Shown here one piece after another: positions 37,142 to 45,783 of a stretch of DNA of 64,000 nt (position 1 is its first letter; every line of letters begins with the position of its first letter). The stretch comes from an uncultured Aminicenantes bacterium (GTDB lineage: Bacteria; Acidobacteriota; Aminicenantia; UBA2199), in NCBI GenBank assembly GCA_965195285.1, contig CBDAFS010000015.1:32001-96000 (forward strand), given 5' to 3'. Below the pieces are notes generated by a model. The model did not search any database. It worked only from the letters and a program-made list of their open reading frames with translations, and was not told where the DNA came from. A program made the translations under genes and the position numbers.

Positions 37142-38659
37142 ATGATTCGAAAGCAAATCTGTTATCTTTGTCTATTTTTTGTTTTTTCATCTACGTTGAT
37201 ATTCGCCAAGAGTAATGTCAAGTTAAAGCTCCCGGTTAGAATTTTTGTTGAAACCAGCCAGGTAAAAGAATTTGATAAAGAGAAATTCACACTATTTATA
37301 AATAATAAAAAAATCAAAATATTTAATATTTTAACAAAAAATAAATCCATTAGTAAAAAATCCGATATGGGGAGGAATTTCATACTCTCCTTTCAAACAA
37401 CCGAATATGATCAACAAGTATCTACTGGTATTTTTCACTTTATTACCCAAATTTTAGATACAACAGACCGTTTAATAATATTGACTCCTCTGAAAATTCA
37501 TAAGATGGAGGTTTCCAGAAATAAGATCAGCATGTTGGTAAAAATTGAGAAATTATTAAGAAATGATTTTCTTACCTGTAAACAATTAAAATTTTCTGTA
37601 GAGGAAGCTTTAAAAAATAAAATAATCAAATTGAAAAGAAGTTTGATCGATTCATACAAAAATATCTTTAATTTTAGTCAAAGTAATAAAGATGCCATCC
37701 AATTTCTAAACACTTATCCGAAAGAATTCCAGAATTTCAAGAATGAATTTTTGGTGCCTAACTACAGAATTATCAAGTTGATCACAGAGTTAATGGCCAC
37801 AAGTGGTGGAGAGAGGTGGTGGATACACTTTCAACACCGAGATATCTCTCCACTATTTTCCATGACAAAAGTCATCATTAACATGATTAAGGATTATGAA
37901 TCTCTACATTATAACAAATTGAATATTGATCAAAGTATTGCTCAGCTTAAAAAACAGTTACAATTTTCCAGTTCTTTTCCACAATATCAGTTTTCAAAAG
38001 AACTCATAAATAACCATATTAATTATAATGTTATTATGATGGGGAAACCAATAGATTGTGAATTACGTTCCTCCGTTGCTGAGTTTTTGGATCTCGAAAA
38101 AATCTTCAAAAATCTAACCCTTTATACTGGCGGTATGATGGTCTGTACAACAGATGTGATTGACGGATTAAAAAATATTTCCAGACATACGGATTATTAC
38201 TATGAGCTGGTTTATAATTTTAATGGGCAATTTGAGAGGAAAAATATTCGAGTCGGTATACCGGATCAGAAAAAGAGTTTATATTACAGGAAATCATTCA
38301 GCAGAGATGAGATGGAATCATTAATTACTTTCCTTACCACACAAAAAATTCATATTGAAAAATTTTCCTTCCATGAAAAATATTTCAATTTTTTAGTTAC
38401 AAAATTCAAATTAGATGAAACTGGAAATTTTGGAATTTTAAAAATATTTGTTCGTGTGTTGGATTATCAAAAAAATGTGGTTTACAAAGAGGAAAAAATT
38501 CTCAGGACATTCAAGGATAAAGTTTCAATATCTCTTCCTCATCCCTCTTTGAAAACAGGAACTTATGAACTCATATTATCTGTATACGATTTGATTGCAA
38601 ACCATTATGCATCTCTACAGCATAATTTTTATTTTACTGAAAAATATGAATCCGAGTGA
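37142..38659 (+). CDS. Secreted hypothetical protein (VWA-related architecture, Ig-like C-terminus)
   Basis: Signal peptide; TGG...YYELVY; very AT-rich; C-terminus resembles that of 63590-64000. Confidence 0.65.
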   Translation: MIRKQICYLCLFFVFSSTLIFAKSNVKLKLPVRIFVETSQVKEFDKEKFTLFINNKKIKIFNILTKNKSISKKSDMGRNFILSFQTTEYDQQVSTGIFHFITQILDTTDRLIILTPLKIHKMEVSRNKISMLVKIEKLLRNDFLTCKQLKFSVEEALKNKIIKLKRSLIDSYKNIFNFSQSNKDAIQFLNTYPKEFQNFKNEFLVPNYRIIKLITELMATSGGERWWIHFQHRDISPLFSMTKVIINMIKDYESLHYNKLNIDQSIAQLKKQLQFSSSFPQYQFSKELINNHINYNVIMMGKPIDCELRSSVAEFLDLEKIFKNLTLYTGGMMVCTTDVIDGLKNISRHTDYYYELVYNFNGQFERKNIRVGIPDQKKSLYYRKSFSRDEMESLITFLTTQKIHIEKFSFHEKYFNFLVTKFKLDETGNFGILKIFVRVLDYQKNVVYKEEKILRTFKDKVSISLPHPSLKTGTYELILSVYDLIANHYASLQHNFYFTEKYESE

Positions 38660-38660
38660 C
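38486..38660 (+). repeat. Direct repeat (3' end of 37142 gene), copy A
   Basis: AAAGAGGAAAAAATTCTCAGGACATTC...GAGTGAC, matching 39705-39864 with small indels. Confidence 0.92.
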
Positions 38661-38702
38661 TAACATTGATGATGTGTAATCGTTCCAAAAGGGAGGTATA
38701 AT

Positions 38703-39149
38703 ATGAAAGGAACCAGGGTGTATGCTTTAATGACAGTATTTTTTGTTCTTGCCATGACAGGGTCCGGTGGGGCAGGACCTGTAAAAAAAGATTTTATCAA
38801 TACGCTGGGCATGAAATTTGTGTACATTCCCGCGGGAAATTTTGTAATGGGAGCAGTCGAGATTATTGAGGATGACAATACCCCCACCCATAAAGTAACT
38901 ATCAGTAAAGGATTCTACCTGGGTATTCAGGAGGTAAACGCAGATCAATGGTATGCGGTGATGAAGAAGTATCCCGATGACAGTCGGGGTAAACTGCCGG
39001 TGGCCAATGTCTCCTGGCAGGATGTTCAGGCCTTTATCAATAAACTCAATGAGTTGGAAAAAACAACAAAATACCGGCTGCCCACCGAGGCCGAGTGGGA
39101 ATATGCTGCCCCTGCCGTAACCATTTTTTATGGTTTCATCCATAATTGA
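38703..39149 (+). pseudogene. Truncated FGE-sulfatase (SUMF1/EgtB/PvdO) domain protein
   Basis: GMKFV.IPAG.F.MG, PV.NVSW and YRLPTEAEWEYAA, then ends abruptly; the C-terminal half (N..EW, RGGSW) is missing. Confidence 0.8.
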
Positions 39150-39179
39150 ATTTATATTCCTTATATGATATCCTAAAAC

Positions 39180-39701
39180 ATGAAAAATCCAAATGACATT
39201 ATTGCAGTAATCGGTACCAATAAAGGTACTATTAAAATTAAACTTTTTTGGGAAGAAACACCAGTAACTTCTGGAAGTTTTGTGAATTTGATTCAACGAG
39301 GTTATTATAATGGGTTGATCTTTCACAGAGTTATTCCTGACTTCATGGTTCAGGGTGGTTGTCCTGATGGAATGGGAACAGGTGGACCGGGATATAATTT
39401 TGAAGATGAGTTTGTTTCAGAACTCAGACACGACAGCCCTGGAGTCTTGTCAATGGCAAATGCCGGTCCCGGTACAAACGGAAGTCAATTTTTTATTACT
39501 CATCTAAAAACCCCATGGTTAGATGATCATCATACTGTTTTTGGGAAAGTCCTTTCAGAAGATGACCAGACTGTAATAGACTCAATTGAAGGAAATGACA
39601 AAATTGAATCAATCCGTATTGAAGGTGATCCAGCAAAAATATTGAAAAAAATTGAAAATAGATTAACAGAATGGAATAAAATACTAGATAAAAAAGTTTA
39701 A
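39180..39701 (+). CDS. Cyclophilin-type peptidyl-prolyl isomerase
   Basis: [40 protein letters not shown]. Confidence 0.96.
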   Translation: MKNPNDIIAVIGTNKGTIKIKLFWEETPVTSGSFVNLIQRGYYNGLIFHRVIPDFMVQGGCPDGMGTGGPGYNFEDEFVSELRHDSPGVLSMANAGPGTNGSQFFITHLKTPWLDDHHTVFGKVLSEDDQTVIDSIEGNDKIESIRIEGDPAKILKKIENRLTEWNKILDKKV

Positions 39702-39704
39702 AAT

Positions 39705-39864
39705 AAAGAGGAAAAAATTCTCAGGACATTCAAAGATAAAGTTTCAATATCTCTTCCACTTTGAAAACAAGTACTTATGAACTCATACTATCTGTATACG
39801 ATTTGATTGCAAACCATTATGCATCTCTACAGCACTTTTTTTATATTCATGAAAAATGAGTGAC
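39705..39864 (+). repeat. Direct repeat copy B (decayed 3' end of 37142 gene)
   Basis: Matches 38486-38660; begins 3 nt after the cyclophilin stop. Confidence 0.92.
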
Positions 39865-39900
39865 ATAAAATAAAAATCAAAAAACAAAATAGATTTTGTA

Positions 39901-40536
39901 TTAATACTTAATCCCTCGGGCCACCACAAAAGAACCCCTGCCGTAACCATTTTTTACCGGCTCGATCTGGCATATCTCATCAAGGGGATTGAATAATGTT
40001 TGAACAAATAAAATATCTTCAAAAGAGGCATTGCCCAGTAATTCCGTGAGTTCTTCGGGAGAATAAAAAGTTGCCTGCTTGAAGAATATACTTACCTCTT
40101 TTTCCTGCTGGTATTTCATACCCAGGGGACTGAGTCTGTCAATAAATCCAATGACCAGATGCCCTCCGGCGGTCAGAATTCGATTGGCCTCTTTTAAACT
40201 ACTTTTTATATCATTTAAAAAACAAATGGTGGTAACCATCAGCACCAGATTAAAGGATTCATTGCGGAAAGGCAGTGTTTCGGCCACACCCTGGATAACA
40301 TGAATATCCCTGGCTCTGGCCAGTTTCAGCATGTTTTTGCTCGGATCAACCCCGGTTTTGATATTGAAGGAGCTGGAAAAACGGCCGGTTCCTACCCCGA
40401 TCTCCACAGCATTTGCACGTCGCGGCAGTAGCCGCTCCACAGCAAATACCTCGCTCTGATAAACCCAGTGGTATTTCTCATACCACCGGTCGTATTTTTC
40501 AGCAAAATTATTGAAAGGCTCGATTGCTTGACTCAT
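39901..40536 (-). CDS. Class I SAM-dependent methyltransferase
   Basis: EIGVGTGRF, GVDPS, GVAETLPF. Confidence 0.92.
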   Translation of the reverse strand: MSQAIEPFNNFAEKYDRWYEKYHWVYQSEVFAVERLLPRRANAVEIGVGTGRFSSSFNIKTGVDPSKNMLKLARARDIHVIQGVAETLPFRNESFNLVLMVTTICFLNDIKSSLKEANRILTAGGHLVIGFIDRLSPLGMKYQQEKEVSIFFKQATFYSPEELTELLGNASFEDILFVQTLFNPLDEICQIEPVKNGYGRGSFVVARGIKY

Positions 40537-40724
40537 GTAGCTGGAATTTTTTTCTTCCGCATAAATTCAATCAGGTTTAAAATGGCCATCATACATTTTA
40601 AAGATGATTGATCCGCCTGTCAATTGAAACCTTCATTTCTGAAATAAGTAATATAAATATTACCAATTGAACCTTGAACATAATATCAGGCGATGTTCTG
40701 GAGTAGGTGTGAGTTTGCTGCGTC

Positions 40725-40753
40725 TTGACATTTTGGAGTGTTTATTTTATAAA
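40725..40753 (+). promoter_or_regulatory. Sigma70 promoter of the ACP-kbl-kbl operon
   Basis: TTGACA, 17-bp spacer, TATAAA. Confidence 0.65.
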
Positions 40754-40808
40754 AGATCATGCTGTTCAGGATAATTCAATATCTTTTGAAAAACCAAAGG
40801 AGATGCCC

Positions 40809-41060
40809 ATGCCGGATTTAAAAGAGGATATTTTAGATTATATCAAAGAGGAATATCTGGATGAAGACGAAGATATTGAAATCGGCTATGAAACCCACTT
40901 GATATCCGGTGGATTTGTCGATTCTTTTTCCATGGTGTCCTTAAAACGTTTCCTGGAAACCAATTATAAAATTCAAATTCCCGATGGCAAGGCCTCACCA
41001 GAGGCTTTTGATACGGTCAATAATATAGTCAAGCTTTTAAATGAATTCGGAATTCGATAA
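40809..41060 (+). CDS. Acyl/aminoacyl carrier protein
   Basis: Acidic 83-aa protein, GFVDSF phosphopantetheine site, F.TV..I; AAGGAG RBS. Confidence 0.88.
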   Translation: MPDLKEDILDYIKEEYLDEDEDIEIGYETHLISGGFVDSFSMVSLKRFLETNYKIQIPDGKASPEAFDTVNNIVKLLNEFGIR

Positions 41061-41069
41061 ATCAATCAC

Positions 41070-42317
41070 ATGGCCTACGGTAAAATCGAACAAGACCTTT
41101 TCAAAGAGGAACTGAATTCCATAAAGAAAGCGGGAATTTTTAAAGAGGAACGCATCATTCATACACCCCAGAATTCAAAAATCGGAGTGGTTTTTCCCCA
41201 TGGCTCAGCGCAAAAAGAATTAATCAACATGTGTTCCAACAATTATCTGGGCTTGTCATCTCATCCGGACGTGGTTCAGGCTGCCCATAGGGGATTGGAT
41301 AGCAGAGGGTATGGTTTGTCTTCGGTCAGGTTTATCTGCGGAACCCAGGACATTCACAAGCAACTGGAGGACAAATTGACCCGATTTCTGGGAACCGAAG
41401 ACACCATTCTGTTTCCTTCCTGTCTGGATGCCAATGCCGGTGTATTTGAGGCCCTGCTCAGTGAAGAGGATGTAATGATTGCGGACCGTCTGGTTCATGC
41501 ATCAATTGTGGATGGAATGCGTCTGGCCAGGGCCCAGACCGATACCTTCAAACATTCTGACATGAATCATCTGGAAAAGAAGCTTCGGCTTCATCGGGAT
41601 AAACGCCTGAAAGTTATTATTACGGATGGTGCTTTTTCAATGGATGGTGACCTGGCAAAGCTGGACCAGATTTCCCGGCTGGCCGATGTCTACCAGGCCC
41701 TGGTTTTCGTAGATGATTCCCATGCCACCGGTTTTATCGGGAAGAATGGCCGGGGAACTCATGAGTATTTTAAGGTGGTGGAGAAAATTGATATCATTAC
41801 CACCACTCTGGGGAAAGCCCTGGGAGGAGCTTCGGGTGGATGTGTTTCCGGGCGCAGAGAGATTGTGGAAATCTGTCGGCAGAAAGCCAGGCCTTACCTG
41901 TTTTCCAATACCATTGCTCCGGTCATTGTCTATGCAGCCAACCAGGTGATGGATATGATATCAAAAACTTCCGAAGCCAAAGACAGGCTGCAAAAGAATA
42001 CCGACTTCTGGAGAAAGGGATTGCAGGAGGCCGGATTTATCATAAAAGAGGGTCAAACACCGATTGTTCCGGTAATGCTATTCAATGCCAGTTTATCCCA
42101 GGATTTTGCCTCTGAATTATATAACCAGGGGATTTATGCCATTGGATTCTTTTTCCCGGTGGTGCCCAGAGGTCAGGCCAGAATCCGAACCCAATTGTCA
42201 GCATCCCACCAGATGACCGATCTGGAAAAAGCACTGGATGCCTTTGTCAAAATCGGTAAAAAGTTTGATATTTTATTTAAATCCAAACAGGAAGTTATTG
42301 AGATGTACGGAAACTGA
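41070..42317 (+). CDS. kbl: Kbl-like alpha-oxoamine synthase (paralog 1)
   Basis: SNNYLGL, SVRFICGTQ, HASIVDG, FSMDG, DDSH, TLGKA (PLP Lys), ARIRTQ. Confidence 0.85.
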   Translation: MAYGKIEQDLFKEELNSIKKAGIFKEERIIHTPQNSKIGVVFPHGSAQKELINMCSNNYLGLSSHPDVVQAAHRGLDSRGYGLSSVRFICGTQDIHKQLEDKLTRFLGTEDTILFPSCLDANAGVFEALLSEEDVMIADRLVHASIVDGMRLARAQTDTFKHSDMNHLEKKLRLHRDKRLKVIITDGAFSMDGDLAKLDQISRLADVYQALVFVDDSHATGFIGKNGRGTHEYFKVVEKIDIITTTLGKALGGASGGCVSGRREIVEICRQKARPYLFSNTIAPVIVYAANQVMDMISKTSEAKDRLQKNTDFWRKGLQEAGFIIKEGQTPIVPVMLFNASLSQDFASELYNQGIYAIGFFFPVVPRGQARIRTQLSASHQMTDLEKALDAFVKIGKKFDILFKSKQEVIEMYGN

Positions 42318-42334
42318 TCAATCATGGAGGCGTC

Positions 42335-43579
42335 ATGTATGAAAAAATCGGGAAAGAATTAAGTGAAGAACTCAAGCAAATAAAGCAGGCCGGGCTCTTC
42401 AAAGAGGAGCGAATTATACTGACCGACCAGAAAGCCAATATTCAGGTATCCTACCCGGCCGGTTCCGAGGCTAAATCGGTGCTCAATTTTTGTGCCAACA
42501 ATTATCTGGGGCTTGCCAATCACCCGGAACTGGTTCAGGCAGCCAGGCAGGCCCTGGATAAATATGGCCTGGGTTTGGCTTCGGTTCGTTTTATCTGCGG
42601 TACCCAGAATATTCACACCCAGCTGGAAAAGATCATTTCCGATTTCTATCAGACCGATAACACCATTCTATATACTTCCTGTTATGATGCCAATGGCGGT
42701 CTTTTTGAAGGGATTTTAAGACCGGAAGATGCCATCGTGACCGATGAGTTAAACCATGCCAGTATTATTGATGGCATACGTTTGTGTAAAGCCAAAAGGT
42801 TTATTTTCAAACATGGAGATATGAATTCTCTGGAGGAAAGTTTACAGAATGCCCGTGAAGGCGAAAGGGATGAAAGTGTTTCTGTTTCCAGAAGAATTCT
42901 GGTTGCTACTGACGGTGTATTTTCCATGGATGGAAACATTGCCAATTTGAGAGGTATTGTGGACCTGGCTAAAAAATATCAGGCCCTGGTGATGGTAGAT
43001 GATTCTCATGCCACCGGTTTTCTGGGTAAAACCGGCCGCGGATCTCTTGAGTACTGCAATGTACTGGGAGAAATTGATATTGTTACTTCCACACTGGGAA
43101 AGGCAATGGGCGGGGCTTCCGGTGGCTTCACCACCGGCAGACAGGAAATTGTCGATATGTTGCGACAGCGCTCCAGGCCCTATTTATTTTCCAACACCCT
43201 GGCACCGGCTCTGGTGTCGGCAGCGATCCGGGCATTTCAACTACTGGATAAAAGCGATGATCTCAGGCAAAAGCTGATGGAGAATACCCGATTCTTCCGG
43301 CAGAAAATGATTGACCTGGGTTTTGACATTATCCAGGGGAGTCACCCGATTGTCCCGGTCATGTTCAGGAAATTTGATGATGATGCCTTGCTGGCCCAAC
43401 AGGTTTCTAAAGATCTTTATGAAATGGGAATCTATGTGATCGGCTTTTTCTATCCCGTGGTACCCAGAGGTCAGGCCAGGATACGGGTACAGGTATCAGC
43501 CGCCCATACCCGGGAACAACTCCAAAAGGCGATAGATGCCTTCAAAACGGTTGGTAAAAAACATGGGGTTATCCAGTAA
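42335..43579 (+). CDS. kbl: Glycine C-acetyltransferase (Kbl) (paralog 2)
   Basis: CANNYLGL, SVRFICGTQ, LNHASIIDG, TDGVFSMDG, DDSH, STLGKA, RPYLFSN. Confidence 0.9.
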   Translation: MYEKIGKELSEELKQIKQAGLFKEERIILTDQKANIQVSYPAGSEAKSVLNFCANNYLGLANHPELVQAARQALDKYGLGLASVRFICGTQNIHTQLEKIISDFYQTDNTILYTSCYDANGGLFEGILRPEDAIVTDELNHASIIDGIRLCKAKRFIFKHGDMNSLEESLQNAREGERDESVSVSRRILVATDGVFSMDGNIANLRGIVDLAKKYQALVMVDDSHATGFLGKTGRGSLEYCNVLGEIDIVTSTLGKAMGGASGGFTTGRQEIVDMLRQRSRPYLFSNTLAPALVSAAIRAFQLLDKSDDLRQKLMENTRFFRQKMIDLGFDIIQGSHPIVPVMFRKFDDDALLAQQVSKDLYEMGIYVIGFFYPVVPRGQARIRVQVSAAHTREQLQKAIDAFKTVGKKHGVIQ

Positions 43580-43608
43580 TCCGCCTGTTCAACGGTTTTG
43601 GCAAGGGG

Positions 43609-45069
43609 TTAGAGTCGACATGTCGGTTTTGATTTGAAAATAGCCTGATATTGTTTTTCAAAATCACTCTTTCCACACAATAAAAGACTGGCAAGCGGCA
43701 TAATATTTTTAACCTGATCCAACAATGTATGGGCCAGTGATTTAATATCCCATTGGGCGTGTTGGTCATCTCTCAAGCGAATAAAATGATACAATTCCCG
43801 AAGGTTCATTTTCATGATTACCATCCGCCGGTGGGAGTTGGTCAGGATATAATCAGCGGCTTCTCCATAGCGTTCCCTCAACCTCTTGTAAACGAAGTTG
43901 GTAGTCTCTATGATATGCATAAATTCTTTTTCAAGGTGATTCAGGCAGATACTTTCCGGAACGGTATTTCCGAGTTGGATGTCATAATCCCCGCTTATTA
44001 AGGTAGCCATTCGGTGTCTTTTAAGCTGGGCAAAGTTGGATGCACTGATAAAGGCCTGGAAGGTTATTGAAGGGAGTTCGAATTCCCGGGGAGGGGTATC
44101 AAAGAATTCCATTTTTTTGAAAAGGTTTTTGAAAATATCCTTTTTTTGATCCGATGATAATTTTTTTATCGTCTCAAGGGTTTTCGGGTAATCAGTTGAA
44201 TGGTGCAGACTTAAAAAGGCAGCCAGAATTATATCATCGCCTCGGGGTGTGAATTGGATGATTTTGGGCTCTGAAAAAGCTGACGAAGGTGTGGAGAGTG
44301 TTTTCCACTGATTTTTCAAGGTCTGCTTCAAGGCACAATCATAATCCGATGGTTCCGGGAAGAGAATAATCGAAGGGGCGACATTTTTTATCAGATTAAA
44401 GATTTTTTCTCCCATATTCCTGACTTCCTGACTCAGGCTCAAAGAAAATCTTCTCAGCAGATGTTCAATATTCCGGGCGTTAATGGTCATTCCCATCTGT
44501 CCCTGAGTGGCCAGGGAAAGGATATATCTGGCATCCTCTTTGGCCCAGTTTTCCAGAAGGCGTTTTTTGCCCTTCTTTTCGATCAGTCGGGGGTATTTTG
44601 AAACAAGATATTTCTTTAAAACCAGATATGCTTTTTGGTAAAATTGGTTCTGAACATTGATGGTATCTTTAAATTGAGATATCGATTCCCTATCCTTGAT
44701 TTCCGATGGAAGGACATAATCTCCCTTGAGGGTGACATAACGCTGAGATTTTTCGGTATAAGATGCCAGACGGAATTTTTCGATTTCCTCCAGTGCAAGT
44801 CGTGATATTCCGATAACATCGAAATTAAATACGGCATGTTCAGCCACTGAATGATGTCCCATTTCAAAAATGATGATTCGATTGGATTTTCGGGCTTTTT
44901 CCACATCTTCCCGTGCTTTTTTGCGCAGGGTGGTGATATCATCTGAACTGCGACTGATACGGGCATAGGCAGCGCTGAAGGTTTCAGGAGTTAAAATTTC
45001 ATTTTTGCCTGTTTTCAAATGTTCCAGGATCTCTGTATCCACATTGTAACCGGCTAATTCAATTTTCAA
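43609..45069 (-). CDS. thyX: FAD-dependent thymidylate synthase, tandem two-domain type
   Basis: GHHSVAEH, SQRYV and EDARY in domain 1; RHR, N.REL.HF..LR and HAQW in domain 2; TTG start with GGAGG. Confidence 0.9.
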   Translation of the reverse strand: MKIELAGYNVDTEILEHLKTGKNEILTPETFSAAYARISRSSDDITTLRKKAREDVEKARKSNRIIIFEMGHHSVAEHAVFNFDVIGISRLALEEIEKFRLASYTEKSQRYVTLKGDYVLPSEIKDRESISQFKDTINVQNQFYQKAYLVLKKYLVSKYPRLIEKKGKKRLLENWAKEDARYILSLATQGQMGMTINARNIEHLLRRFSLSLSQEVRNMGEKIFNLIKNVAPSIILFPEPSDYDCALKQTLKNQWKTLSTPSSAFSEPKIIQFTPRGDDIILAAFLSLHHSTDYPKTLETIKKLSSDQKKDIFKNLFKKMEFFDTPPREFELPSITFQAFISASNFAQLKRHRMATLISGDYDIQLGNTVPESICLNHLEKEFMHIIETTNFVYKRLRERYGEAADYILTNSHRRMVIMKMNLRELYHFIRLRDDQHAQWDIKSLAHTLLDQVKNIMPLASLLLCGKSDFEKQYQAIFKSKPTCRL

Positions 45070-45134
45070 TATTCCTCCATCTTGTCAATACTTTATTCAA
45101 ATCCCAGGGGAATTTCTTTTGAAGGCCCGGTTAT

Positions 45135-45719
45135 TCAAGATTGTTGAAATTCAGAGATATGTTTGATAATATCGTGGGCACTTTCGTCCACAGAATTATT
45201 ATTCCAGATTTCGATCACCTTCAGGTTGTCATCCTTTATGGTCTGCAGGTAAAAAGATTCCGTTTCCTTGAAATAGTCCAGACTGGGTAGTTCTAATTTT
45301 TTGGTATCTTTCCTGTTTTCCAGAATTTTGGGGTCTACCCTGATAAAAAAAATAATGTCGTAGGTCCTGATCCAGAAATGATAAAGGTTTTTCAGCAGGT
45401 TGTTTTTTTCCTCGGAATGGTTATTGGTCTCAACATCGGAAATGTATTTTTTATAGCGAATCCATTGATCCAGTATAGAAGTGTCACATAATAACAAATC
45501 CGGTGATGTCAATGCCTTCAGGTTCTCTTCATTTATCTGGTTTGTCAATGAATAAAACTGGCCGACAAAGTTCAATTTATTGTCGGTATCAAAGGGGTTT
45601 TTCTGGGATAGGTATTCAATGGATTCCACTTCCTCCTTCAATGAAAGAATTTTTTTGCCTTCATTCAGAATGGAAGTTTTGCCAGTACCCGTACAACCTG
45701 AAAATGAAATTTTTATCAT
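45135..45719 (-). CDS. AAA_28 / nucleotide-kinase-like P-loop protein
   Basis: SGCTGTGKT Walker A, LLCD.S.LD, YD.IF. Confidence 0.75.
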   Translation of the reverse strand: MIKISFSGCTGTGKTSILNEGKKILSLKEEVESIEYLSQKNPFDTDNKLNFVGQFYSLTNQINEENLKALTSPDLLLCDTSILDQWIRYKKYISDVETNNHSEEKNNLLKNLYHFWIRTYDIIFFIRVDPKILENRKDTKKLELPSLDYFKETESFYLQTIKDDNLKVIEIWNNNSVDESAHDIIKHISEFQQS

Positions 45720-45783
45720 AGGGCAATTTTAATCTGAAAAAGAATAAAAGTCAAATTCCAACATTGATTAAATATACCAATTT

